In this document: piece after piece, positions 1-10,400 of the stretch
Position numbering within the stretch: the stretch's first letter is position 1
Layout: each line of letters opens with the position of its first letter
Virus record (IMG/VR): IMGVR_UViG_3300032193_000091
Span: 1-57,002 of that record
Strand: one strand, 5' to 3'
Origin: a virus
Lineage: Duplodnaviria; Caudoviricetes
Length of the DNA stretch: 57,002 nucleotides
Notes under the pieces: generated by a model
The model's database searches: none
Seen by the model: only the letters and a program-made list of their open reading frames with translations
What the model was told of the DNA's origin: nothing
Made by a program: the position numbers and the translations under genes

Positions 1-481
1 GTTCATAGATCTCAGCAGTGATAGCATAGAATTGAATCTTACCAAACTGGAAGAACGGTTCTTCTTTACCAACAAACTTAATTTCGTAGATATCCTGTGT
101 CAATGGGAAGTACAATAAGTCTCCCTCATTGGGTCTACTAGTAACAGTGAGATTAGGACTATGCTCTGCCACTTCTTCATCCCAGCGTCTTGTAGACACG
201 CGGAAGATAATCTCATCTGTAATTCTCAAACCAAACTTACTGATGAACTCTGCATTGTCACCAAATCCAGTAACATTTTGCAGCAGCATTTCGATCTGGA
301 ATTGTTCTTGATACTTGGAGTATCTAACTTCATCCAGTGTGCTGTCTTGCAGAACTATCCTAGGGATATAGTATACATCTGAACCAAACAGTTTGATTTG
401 CTCGTCCACCAGATCCTGTACGAGATTCTGTTCGCCACTGTGACCTTGGTAGTATGTTGGAAAGTAGGGACTTGTAGGCAT
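1..481 (-). CDS. gp14: T4-like neck protein gp14 (5' part, truncated by the window edge)
   Basis: Not in the ORF track. ATG at 481 reads MPTSPYFPTYYQGHSGEQNLVQDLVDEQIKLFGSDVYYIPR...PNEGDLLYFP...EIKFVGKEEPFFQFGK, a gp14-type sequence directly downstream of gp13. Confidence 0.9.
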   Translation of the reverse strand, partial: MPTSPYFPTYYQGHSGEQNLVQDLVDEQIKLFGSDVYYIPRIVLQDSTLDEVRYSKYQEQFQIEMLLQNVTGFGDNAEFISKFGLRITDEIIFRVSTRRWDEEVAEHSPNLTVTSRPNEGDLLYFPLTQDIYEIKFVGKEEPFFQFGKIQFYAITAEIYE

Positions 482-482
482 C

Positions 483-1283
483 TTATCCGATCATATCCAT
501 TGGTGGGATTGCATACTTGCTGAGAACTTCAGATTCGATCTTTTCGATCTCTGCAAGTGCGTCTGTGTAGATCTCTCTACCGTTGAGAGTAACACCGCCA
601 GGTAACTGGACGTTGTTATACTTAATCAAGTTCGTACCCCACTGTTTCTTCATGAGAGCAGTAGCATACTTTTTGACAAACATATCATTATACATCTCAG
701 TAGCGTCGGTTGGATCAATCATACGATGACACTCAATAAGGATGTTAGATCCGTTCTTGAGGAAGTCTTTATCGAGATCCATATAGAGACGATCACGACG
801 TGCTGTGTATCTGAACTGCTGGAATGATCCATTGTTAAGGACCATATCTAGAGTTTCTAGATACTGCTTAGTCATAAAATAGTTGAGGATATCAAGAGAT
901 CCGAATGCATACAGATCATTCAAGAACAACTGATACTCAACACCAAAAAGATTTGAACGGATTGAGTTGCTGACAAGACCAAATACTTTAGTAATACCAG
1001 TCACATGAGCTGGAATTGGAATGTAGTTAGTTGCTTCATTCCAATCGGTTGTACCATTACTAGTTGTTACGCTAGCAGCAAACCTTGCTTTATCGTCAGC
1101 AGTGATTTCGTGGTATAGGTAAGCACGCTCCATACCGTTATAGCAGTTCTCTTGGAAGAACTGAATGGTGTCATCAATAACGTTGTTTACCTGTTCGTCG
1201 TCAATGTTTACTTGCAGGACAGGCTCACCCAACTGTCTCTTACAATATGTTATGAGATCAGCTCTTGAGTTTGGAGATGCCAT
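483..1283 (-). CDS. gp13: T4-like neck protein gp13
   Basis: YCKRQLGEPVLQVNID at the N-terminus; KKQWGTNLIKYNNVQLPGGVTLNG...PPMDMIG at the C-terminus. Start placed at MASPN (1283). Confidence 0.93.
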   Translation of the reverse strand: MASPNSRADLITYCKRQLGEPVLQVNIDDEQVNNVIDDTIQFFQENCYNGMERAYLYHEITADDKARFAASVTTSNGTTDWNEATNYIPIPAHVTGITKVFGLVSNSIRSNLFGVEYQLFLNDLYAFGSLDILNYFMTKQYLETLDMVLNNGSFQQFRYTARRDRLYMDLDKDFLKNGSNILIECHRMIDPTDATEMYNDMFVKKYATALMKKQWGTNLIKYNNVQLPGGVTLNGREIYTDALAEIEKIESEVLSKYAIPPMDMIG

Positions 1284-1290
1284 TACACAC

Positions 1291-1328
1291 AAAAAATCCC
1301 TTCTTACCTATTTAGGAAGAAGGGATTT
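1291..1328 (-). terminator. Rho-independent terminator-like hairpin with a late promoter core in its loop
   Basis: Minus strand AAATCCCTTCTT-CCTAAATAGGT-AAGAAGGGATTT followed by a T-run; CTAAATA at 1309-1315. Confidence 0.75.
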
Positions 1329-1333
1329 AGTAT

Positions 1334-1531
1334 TTATTCAGCAGGTGTTTCTGCTGGAACGTCTGGGTCTGACTCGCCTTCTAGAAGACCTAGAGTCTCC
1401 AGACCACCAATGAGTTTCAATTTGTATTCTTTTGCTTTGTCTAGATTCTTTTCTAGGTCTGCAATTTGCTTATCTGTTTCAGCAATTTGCTTTTCAAAAT
1501 TTTCTTTTAGTTGTGCTGGATCCATTGCCAT
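1334..1531 (-). CDS. small coiled-coil hypothetical protein
   Basis: Heptad-like QLKENFEKQIAETDKQIADLEKNLDKAKEY; CTAAATA at 1560-1566 upstream. Confidence 0.75.
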   Translation of the reverse strand: MAMDPAQLKENFEKQIAETDKQIADLEKNLDKAKEYKLKLIGGLETLGLLEGESDPDVPAETPAE

Positions 1532-1558
1532 TTTTATCACCTGGGAATAGTGTGTGTA

Positions 1559-2185
1559 TTATTTAGTGGGTAAAATTGTCATCATATTTGTGGAATGTGA
1601 CAGTGGAGTTGTGATAGTAAAATCAAACGCCATAGACCACCTTTCAAATGATGTCATATTTGCCCCAACACTATGTTTTAAATGAGATGGGAACAAATAT
1701 ATGTCACCTTTTCGGGGAATATAAGTAATCCTTTTACTGTTAAAAGAATTGTACTGATCGAAATGTATGTTAAAGAACTCTGTAAATGGATAGAAAGAGT
1801 GATCGATGAAAGTTAAAGGTCCTGCCTTCTCTGCTGGTTCTGGAATATCAATATAGAATATGCCACTTACCAAAGCATGGCAATGTGCGTGTTCGAAAGT
1901 GATATCTCCAGGATCATGCTTATTCACCCATGCACCATTACATGCATAAGTGTACTTTTTGTCAGCATGAAAGATCCAATCCATGTATCCTTTTACATGC
2001 TTGCCAATTTCTTCAATTAAGAGAGTGTACTTTTCTTTGTGTTCTATTCTAAGAAAAGATCCATTGTCAGAAGGACTTCTTACAACTGGTTCAGATTTTA
2101 GATCCAAATACACAGAGTCTGGAACACTCAGAGTTGACTTGTAAATTGGAGTAGCGAATGGCGAATCAACCTTATAATCTACCAT
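1559..2185 (-). CDS. 2OG-Fe(II) oxygenase (TIGR02466-like)
   Basis: WVN...HAH...SGIFYI...GDIYLFPSHLKHSV...N...RWSMAFD: facial-triad motif plus the RxS 2-oxoglutarate motif. Confidence 0.88.
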   Translation of the reverse strand: MVDYKVDSPFATPIYKSTLSVPDSVYLDLKSEPVVRSPSDNGSFLRIEHKEKYTLLIEEIGKHVKGYMDWIFHADKKYTYACNGAWVNKHDPGDITFEHAHCHALVSGIFYIDIPEPAEKAGPLTFIDHSFYPFTEFFNIHFDQYNSFNSKRITYIPRKGDIYLFPSHLKHSVGANMTSFERWSMAFDFTITTPLSHSTNMMTILPTK

Positions 2186-2361
2186 TTACCTAGAGGACAT
2201 GACATAGTTTTCAATTTGGTTTTGATAGGCATAAAGCACATGCATTTTTTGCATTGCTTTGAGGGTTTGATGAATTTGTCGCAGGACTTACAGATATCCA
2301 TTCTATCTGCTCTAACGTCCTCGTCAACCATAAATCCCTCTTCAAAAGGATTTGGTAGCAT
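2179..2361 (-). CDS. small Cys-rich, probably metal-binding protein (DUF6171-like)
   Basis: RMDICKSC...QCKKCMCFMPIKTKL...CPLGKW pattern. Confidence 0.75.
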   Translation of the reverse strand: MLPNPFEEGFMVDEDVRADRMDICKSCDKFIKPSKQCKKCMCFMPIKTKLKTMSCPLGKW

Positions 2362-2366
2362 AAAAT

Positions 2367-3518
2367 TTACTCACTCAACCATGTCATTTTAACATATCCA
2401 GCACCACCATAACCACCTTCGCCACCAGTGTTACCACCTGCAGTAGCAGAAGTGTTTCCAGTAGAAGCGTTATATGATCCACCGCCTCCACCGTGTGTGC
2501 TATATGAAGACCACTGACCTGCAGTACAACCGCCAGTGTATCCGCCCCCGCCACCAGGACCAGAGAGCTGACCTCCGCCACCTCCTCCAAATCCACCAGA
2601 GTTTGCAAGACCACCTGTTGTATAACAAGTGTTTCCTGTTCCTCCTTTAAGTCCACTACTAAAGCCTTTTCCGCCAATTGCGGTACTACAGTGAGTACCA
2701 CCATTAGCACCGTCACTTAGATATCCACCACCAGCGCCACCGTGATAGTTTCCATTAGAGTTTCCGCCTTCACCAACAGATGGTGCAGAAACAGTATACG
2801 CACATGTGAAACCTTGTACGCCCTGAGTAGTTTGTCCTCTAGCAATAGTAACGTCTCTAGTACATGAAGTTCCCCATGTGTTGCCAGCAGAACCACCTGC
2901 TGCACCAGCACACATCAATAGAGTTTCATTAGTTTCATCATAGATCCAAGTTGCTCCACCACCACCTGCTTCATTACCGTGAGGAGATGAATAGTCTCCG
3001 CCACCAGATCCAACAGCAAATGAAATTCTAGTGTCTTTTGTGATGTAGAATTCGCCAGAAATTTTTGCACCGTAAATATCAGTTAATCCTCTGTTCTGAC
3101 ATTTACCACCCCTTGCTCCACCAACTTCGAACTCATAGAGTCCATCTTTTGGCATAGCAACTGTTTGGAATCCTTCTCTTGATTGATAGAAGAATCTAAC
3201 ATTACCAGCTTGGGGAGTTTGGAAGATATATGCAGTTTGCATCTCTGCCAAGGTAGGACCTTCATTATCACCCTTCTCTACGATGGGTTTGAAAGTAAAT
3301 TCGTTATTCTCTCCAAGACTCCAAAGGTCATTACCAGTACCAATATTGGTTACCGCCCAGTTGTCAAAAGGACCTCTTACTTGTAGATAATTAATATCTG
3401 AATTATATACAATCATTCCTGCTTCCAAACCAGTCAAAGCATCAATCTCTGCCTGGGTTAAAACTGGGAACTTAAGAGGACCAGTTAAGTTAACTGTTTC
3501 TACTGTAATCGAAGACAT
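2367..3518 (-). CDS. glycine-rich fibre/adhesin-like protein
   Basis: N-terminal fibre-adaptor motif (LKFPVLT...GMIVYNSD). C-terminal polyglycine motifs GGGGAT, GGAGGGY, GGFGGGGGG, GGGGGYTGG, GGGGGSY and GYVKMT, as in ALK/LTK-type Gly-rich domains and T-even gp38-type adhesins. Confidence 0.75.
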   Translation of the reverse strand: MSSITVETVNLTGPLKFPVLTQAEIDALTGLEAGMIVYNSDINYLQVRGPFDNWAVTNIGTGNDLWSLGENNEFTFKPIVEKGDNEGPTLAEMQTAYIFQTPQAGNVRFFYQSREGFQTVAMPKDGLYEFEVGGARGGKCQNRGLTDIYGAKISGEFYITKDTRISFAVGSGGGDYSSPHGNEAGGGGATWIYDETNETLLMCAGAAGGSAGNTWGTSCTRDVTIARGQTTQGVQGFTCAYTVSAPSVGEGGNSNGNYHGGAGGGYLSDGANGGTHCSTAIGGKGFSSGLKGGTGNTCYTTGGLANSGGFGGGGGGQLSGPGGGGGYTGGCTAGQWSSYSTHGGGGGSYNASTGNTSATAGGNTGGEGGYGGAGYVKMTWLSE

Positions 3519-3545
3519 TTTGTATCAAGCTTAGTTTACTGGTTT

Positions 3546-4133
3546 TTAGTATTTAGGTGATTCGTCGGTATCAGATCCATCATTAATTCTGTCATCGCGA
3601 CTTAGTGCTAATGTGGGGTCTGCTTCATCTACCTCCAAAATCCAACGTTTTCCTTCCTCATCCCACGTAGCAGTATCTTTTACTCTATTATCTTCATAAT
3701 AAGCATCTGGTAATGGGATGGGAGCAAACCATTCAACACCATTCCACATCCATGATGGATATGGTTGCTCTGGCATTGGGACAGTTACATCTTCTGTATG
3801 TAAACTGTCGAAAGATGATTCTGAAGATGCAAATTCAAAGACATAATCTTCAAAAACATCTACCGTAAAATCATATGTCTCTAGAATTTGTTCTCCATTA
3901 TTGGTTGTGTATTCTTTTTTACCAATAGGGTATCTTCTTCTCAACAAAAGATCGCCAGTTTCTTTATTGAGAATCTTAATCCCAAAAGAAAGTTTATTGA
4001 AAGCAATCTCTGTCATTCCTTCACGAATGAAACCAATAGAAATTGTCAACTCTCTAACGGGTTTCATATCTTTTCTAACTTCCCACTTGCCTGTGGTTAA
4101 GTTATGAATAGCAACAATTCTACTTCTTTCCAT
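3546..4133 (-). CDS. hypothetical protein with a fibre-assembly-like C-terminal motif
   Basis: C-terminal PEQPYPSW...WFAPIPLP...WDE...W motif; lies next to fibre genes. Function inferred. Confidence 0.6.
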   Translation of the reverse strand: MERSRIVAIHNLTTGKWEVRKDMKPVRELTISIGFIREGMTEIAFNKLSFGIKILNKETGDLLLRRRYPIGKKEYTTNNGEQILETYDFTVDVFEDYVFEFASSESSFDSLHTEDVTVPMPEQPYPSWMWNGVEWFAPIPLPDAYYEDNRVKDTATWDEEGKRWILEVDEADPTLALSRDDRINDGSDTDESPKY

Positions 4134-4153
4134 GATTGTATCCTAGTGTTTGT

Positions 4154-4378
4154 TTAAGCTACGAAAGTAACTTCAGTCCATTCAACTCCATCATAAAACT
4201 CCCATGCGCCATTGCCTCCATCAAGATCTGTATTCCAGATCATCACACCTTTCTTATCCTGATTAGGAGTAGAATTTCCGTATGGGAGTGCGTCTCTAGT
4301 CGCAGTCGTATACAGTGGAGCCTTTAAAGTATTGAGAATCTCAATATTGGCACAATTTAATACAGATCCTACAGACAT
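4154..4378 (-). CDS. small stand-alone fibre-adaptor-like protein
   Basis: LKAPLYTTATRDAL...GVMIWNTD...WEFYDGVEW; ATAAATA late promoter at 4401-4407. Confidence 0.7.
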   Translation of the reverse strand: MSVGSVLNCANIEILNTLKAPLYTTATRDALPYGNSTPNQDKKGVMIWNTDLDGGNGAWEFYDGVEWTEVTFVA

Positions 4379-4400
4379 TTTTCTTAAAGACGGATATAGT

Positions 4401-4407
4401 TATTTAT
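4401..4407 (-). promoter_or_regulatory. T4-like late promoter ATAAATA
   Basis: Intergenic, about 22 nt upstream of the ATG at 4378. Confidence 0.65.
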
Positions 4408-4410
4408 GGT

Positions 4411-7400
4411 TTACAGAATAGTCCAACTAGAGTTATCACCGAACACAATGTTTACACCTGATACCATGGTAATTGGACCAGTTGATACGTTGGTGCTATT
4501 AGCGTCAATATTAACATCATACGCAATTTCAGTATTGTATGCTCTAATAATACCCTGTGAGTCTTGGTACTGCTTGACACCACCAATATATGTAGTACCA
4601 GTAACGTTGAAATCACCTTCAACATCGAGAGCATACCCAGGATCTTTATCGGTAGTGAATCCAATACCAACTCTAGATGCTCTGTAAATATCATCACCAT
4701 TAGGTGATTCAGTCCATCTGGATGTTACGAATGGTGCGTTATTCTGGAACAACTGACCGTTAACGTTCATGTCGCCATTGATATTGGCAACATAAAGTCT
4801 GATAGTAGAATCATCTGGATCAACACCTTGGAAAGCGTTGGTGTTGACTGCCATTCTATGAACGTCAACAGGAGTTGTACCTCCATTACCATCATCAACT
4901 TGTACCACATCTACGGTGAGAGCCATAGCTGGAATTGTTGGATTCCAATCAGTTCCACCTGCAGTCTGAGATGCACGAACAGTAAAGATATTATCGCCTA
5001 GGATATTGTTTCCGACTTCATAGTTTCTGAATCCAGAAGAACCTAGGAAGTACAATGGAGCACCACCGTTATCATCGGCATGTCCTAGTGTAATAGAATC
5101 TTTGATTCTTGTGTCGCCAGTAACATCTAGTTCGTATGCATCATCTGGTGTCATATTAACACCAACTTTACCGTTGCCAGTAATTGTTAGAGCATCAGAG
5201 AAGTTCTTTGTGCTGAAGCGCATTGCAACTGCAGTTGTCAGACCATTAAATAATTGATTGAAGTAAACATCACCAACGTTATTGTCATAGTGAATTTCAA
5301 ATCCTTCTGTAGTTGCGTCACCACCTTGACCTAAGAGTCTTAGTCTTGCATCGTGATCTGCACTCTGACTATAGATATCAACGATTACATCTTGTGCTTC
5401 ATCGTCAGTAACTGTTAGTTTAACTGTTGCAGGAGCAGTTGCAGCACCAATAGCAACAGAATCGTTGCTAGCATCAACGAAGAAAGTATCTGTGTTGACG
5501 GTAAAGTCAGTTCCAACTGTTGCATCTGCTAGTAGATTTGCTGTTCCACCAACACTCAAGGTTGCTGTGCCACTAATGTTGAGGTTACCAGTCATGGTAT
5601 CGCCACCCTTGAGAACGTTCAAGTTGGCAGAACCTTCGATAACTGCACCATTTGCAGTGTCAAGAGTAATAGTTCCACAAGAGAACTCTCCATCAGGACC
5701 ACGAAGAACAGCAGTCTCTGCAACATTCAGAGTTTGGAATGTGATGTTTCCTGCGTTCCAAATCTTATTACCATTGATGGAGAATCCATCAACAGTCTGT
5801 ACCTGAGCGTTTAGAGTACCAGAACCAGCAGTAGCGTTACCACCCTGTGCGACAAGAGCAACGTTGTAAGTTGCTGCAAGAGCAGAACTGTTAAAGTAAA
5901 TACCAGGAGATGATCCTGATCCATCTGTTCTACCAAGTCTTAGGTTACCTGTACCGCCATCACTTTCGAGTGTAGCAACATTAATTGTGTTACCCTCGTC
6001 AATGGTGAAGTCTTGGAAATCTTTTCTGTCAGTTGCAGAACCGATAGTTAGAGCACCTACGAAGTCACCAGTTGTAAGTCTACCAATGATAATTGTGTAG
6101 TCATTAGAGTTATCAACGGTATCGTTATTAACGATGATGTTGTCAATCTCGATTGTACCAGTACCTTGTCCCTGTGCGTTATAGAGGTTTACTGCCTCAC
6201 CAGGAACAAATGGGGAAGATGCAAGAACTAGACCAGAAATATAGATCTTATATCTTCTATCACCAGGGAAGTATCTAATTTCAATCTGATCTTGGAATGC
6301 GGTTTCATCAATAAAGTCTGGTAGTCTATTATCAGAAAGAGTTCCATAGTTAATATTGAGAGCGTTTTGATACCAAACACCTTGCTTGTTATCAAGTTTA
6401 TCTGCATCAAGTCCTGAATCAATACCATCGTTGAGTGCAGACCAGACTTTACCCCATGAACCGAATGATGTAACACCAGTTCCAGAACCACGGATATACA
6501 GGTTATCGTTATCAGTAAGTGCAAGTTGTCTTACACCACCGAATGAGGTATCGAAACTAGTACCACCTGCTCTGAAGGTAAGAACCATGTTCTTGGTTCC
6601 ACCATCATTAAGTAGGTTTGCACTGTTATTAATCGTGTTAGCAACAACACCACCAACGAAGTTGTCTGGAGTTGGGCTGGAAGTTGGGTTGTTAGTACCA
6701 GATGCCAGTCTCAAGGTATTACCAGACTGGTTAGCAATACTGATGTTGTATGTACCAGAGAGGCGATCTTCGCTCAATCTACCAGCACTAATGTTACTAG
6801 CATTGAGGTAGTAAGAACCTTGCTGACCGTCGAGAAGGTCAGCATCAAGACCAGAGTCAGCACCAACATTCAGTTCGACAGAACCATTACCCGATACACC
6901 GATGTTGAACTGAGATTTCTTGAATCTTGCAACACCAATAGTACCAAATAGGTCTGTAGAAATTGTTTGATCCGAAACTCTCTGGATGTCAACAGCAACG
7001 TTTGCATACTGTCTGTTGACTGTACTTACTTTAGCAAGTAAGATTAGACCAGATCCAGCACCAATCTCTGTTGGTGGAGTTGAAATTGTAAAGTCGCCAT
7101 CATAACCAGAACCAGAGGAAGTAATAGTAAGTTCAGTAATTGCACCACCAGCAACAACCAAGTTACACTTGAGACCGTTACCTGTACCACCAACTAGATC
7201 AATATCAAAGTATTGACCGTTTGTGAATCCTGTACCACCATTTGAAATAATTACAGAATCAACAAAGTTACCAGCGGTGAATGTTGACTCGAAGATCATT
7301 GGGGATGATCCTCTTTCAAATTCGACGATTGTTCCAGCAGGAATTGATGTTGTTACTGGATTGTTGATAGCAACAGTAGTCTCGCCGTCTACTGTTAGAA

Positions 7401-10400
7401 CACCAGTGATATTAGTGTTTGGTTGAATACCAACAATGTTGTCTAGTACCTCGTGACCGATCAGCGCATCTGCTAGAGTATTGAATATAAATTCGGAAGA
7501 TCCAGCATTTGCTGCAGAAATCAACTGTGCGAAATATCTTGTTTCAGCACCCTTAATAGATTGAACTGCAAGCGCCCAACTTGAGTCACCTCTTAGGAAG
7601 GTGTAAGAGTTTGCTGCTCCAGTCTGAGCGAGAACATCTGTACTGATAGGACCACCAGTAATCGAAACACCATCAACAACATTACTGGATAGAGATACCC
7701 AGTTAGCATCATTGAATGAAGAAGTGTTGACTGCTCTGTTAATATCAATGTCAACAGCAGGAATATCACTACTTTCAATTTGATCTGTATCTTCTAGTTT
7801 AATTCTGTTAACGATATTGCCATATAGTCTGCTTTCGATGAAAGCATTTGCAGTTGCCTGTGAACCACCACCCTGAGGTGCATCAATTACTACGGATGGT
7901 TGAGTGGTATAATTTAAACCACCTACGTATCCATTGAACTTAATTAATTCAACTAGAACAACTTCTCCATTGGCAACGGTAGCTTGTGCCTTTGCCTCAA
8001 TAGATCCAGATGCAGGATTACCACCAGAGATAGTAACAGTTGGTGGTGATGCCACCAGATAGTTCGTACCACCACTAGTCAACTGAATACTGTATACAAC
8101 ACCCTGTCTATATTCGGTTGCCTGCATACGACCACCAGAAATGCTACCAGTGAAGATGTCACCGATAGTAAATGACAGTGTTGGATCGACATCAAAGGAT
8201 ACAAACTGACTATCCAAATCATTGTTTAGAATATATGACGTGGATGTATCTTGCTCGATAGCAATGTCACCAGCAAGTGCTCCTTCAATCTCTAGTCTTG
8301 CATCTTCATCAGGAACAGTGTAGACTTCAAATGGTCTTAGTGCTGGGATCTGGTCCACAGAAATCTTACCAGAGTCGGTAAGTTGAACCAGTGCCTGAGG
8401 AACAGCGTTAGTTGAATATGGTTTGTTGATGTATGGACCAAGGTTGTTAGTGATATAATCTCTAACTGCCTTTTGAGTTGGGATTTTGCTGTTAGATGAG
8501 TTAGCACCGCCAAGAGTATTGGATGCGTCGAAACCAGTAACAACAACGTCTCCACCTTTCAGTTTCAAGAATTCAACTTCAGAGATGGTAACAGTACCCG
8601 TGAAGGTAATAGCACCAGTTCTGTTTTCAATCTTAGCGAATGTACCAACCTTGAAGTCACCAAGTTCGTCAGTACCAGAGACATATACACGACCATAGAG
8701 TTCAGAAACCTGTTCGTATGCTTCAATCTTAGTACCACCGTTCTCGGGTAGTGCGAGGTAGTTAGTACCAGAACCAGCAAATTCCCAAGTGTGTGAGGAA
8801 GAGTTAACGATAGAAGGTCTATGTAGTTTGATTGTTGCTCCAACAGGGGGAGTGCCTTCTTCCAAACCACTTGCTAGGTTTGTTAGGTTAACTGGTTCAC
8901 CAGTACCGTTATCAATAGTTAGATCCGCTGTGAAAGGAGGTCCCACAGTAACACCACTTACGGCATCTACGAAGAACTCAATATCTGTATTAGTGTTTCT
9001 ATATCCATCAAACTTACAGATATAGTGTTCTAGTGGTTCTCTTCCAAGTCCACTAACACGTAGAATAGTTCTGCCAGTTGGAGTTGCAGAGACATTGCTA
9101 ATTGTACCAATGTCAAACTCATAACACTCTCTTCTAAATCCAATAGAACGAAGAGCAAATGTACCAAAGTTTGTAGCGGAGTTGGTGATAGAGCAATAAC
9201 CACCAGTATCTGCTAGGACACCATCTTCGCAGAAGATAACGAAGACCGAAACCAACTGGGTGTATCCATCTTCGATAACCTTATAACCTGTACCACCAAA
9301 GGAAACGATGGTGAATGCAGATGCAACCATCGACTTACCCTGGTTGGGGAAGGATGCTGTTCCGTCTAGTTCTAGACCAGGGAAAGGACAGTTGGGTTGC
9401 TTGACCTTAGAACCATCGACCAGAGCACCACTACCACCAAGGAAGGAGATAACAGAAGAGTTCTGAGTATATGGTGATGCTTCAATGATTGGGTAATCAT
9501 CGTAGTTACCACGAATTGCCATTCGTGTATTGTTCTGATCGTAGATAAAGTTGTCTGGATATGTGATGATGTCAGTCTCATCCCAAAGAACACCAGTATT
9601 CTTTACAGTTTCTCCTGGCGCAATAGAAGTTTCAGAATCTGGATCTGCTGCATACTCCAGAATTCCGTCTAAGAGTCCAAACTCAGTATCAATAGTTGCT
9701 TCTACATTAGCGCAGATAGGAGCAGAAGGATAAAGAAGAATGTTCCAATCTTCAAACTTAGGAATTGGAGTGGTTGTTGCAACAGGATCGTAAATTAGAA
9801 TAGTGCCGTTCGTGAGAGACTCAACGTATGTGTGACTTACGCCAGCAGCACTTCCTGCATCACCAACATTAACAGTAACAGTAGTTACACCACTGTTTGA
9901 AGTTGCACTAATAACTTCTAAACTCTTACCATAGTTTCTGTCTGTTGGAGTAGGAGAAGCATGATTTCCGCCACCATTAGAAGAACAGCTAAATGTAATA
10001 GCACCCTCTTTGAAAGCAACTCTACCAGATGATGGGAATGTTTGTGCTGGATCTGCAAAAGAGAATGATAGAGCACCAGATGCAGAATCGTAAGATGCAA
10101 ATGAAGGAGTTATAGCAATGGAATTTCCATTACTCCAGTTCCTCATTGCAGCTTTTGCATAGAGTTCTACTCTCTCATATGCATAACGAGTTTCATCTAG
10201 TTTATCTGCATCGATACCAGTAAGTGCTAGACCTGTGTAGTATGCCTCAGCATTTGTTACAATACCTGAGTTTCCACCCAGTGCAAGGTCTCTGATTAGA
10301 CCTCCAAGAATAAAGTTGATATCACGACGACACTTTCTCTCATTAAGATCACTTAGATTAAGAGTAGGATATAGTGATTGAGTATCTAAGAATGCTTGAT

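Noticed and set aside
2384-2911. Alternative-frame V/L-rich ORFs inside the glycine-rich gene
   Set aside because: GGT-rich codon runs yield Val-rich open shifted frames; compositional artefact.
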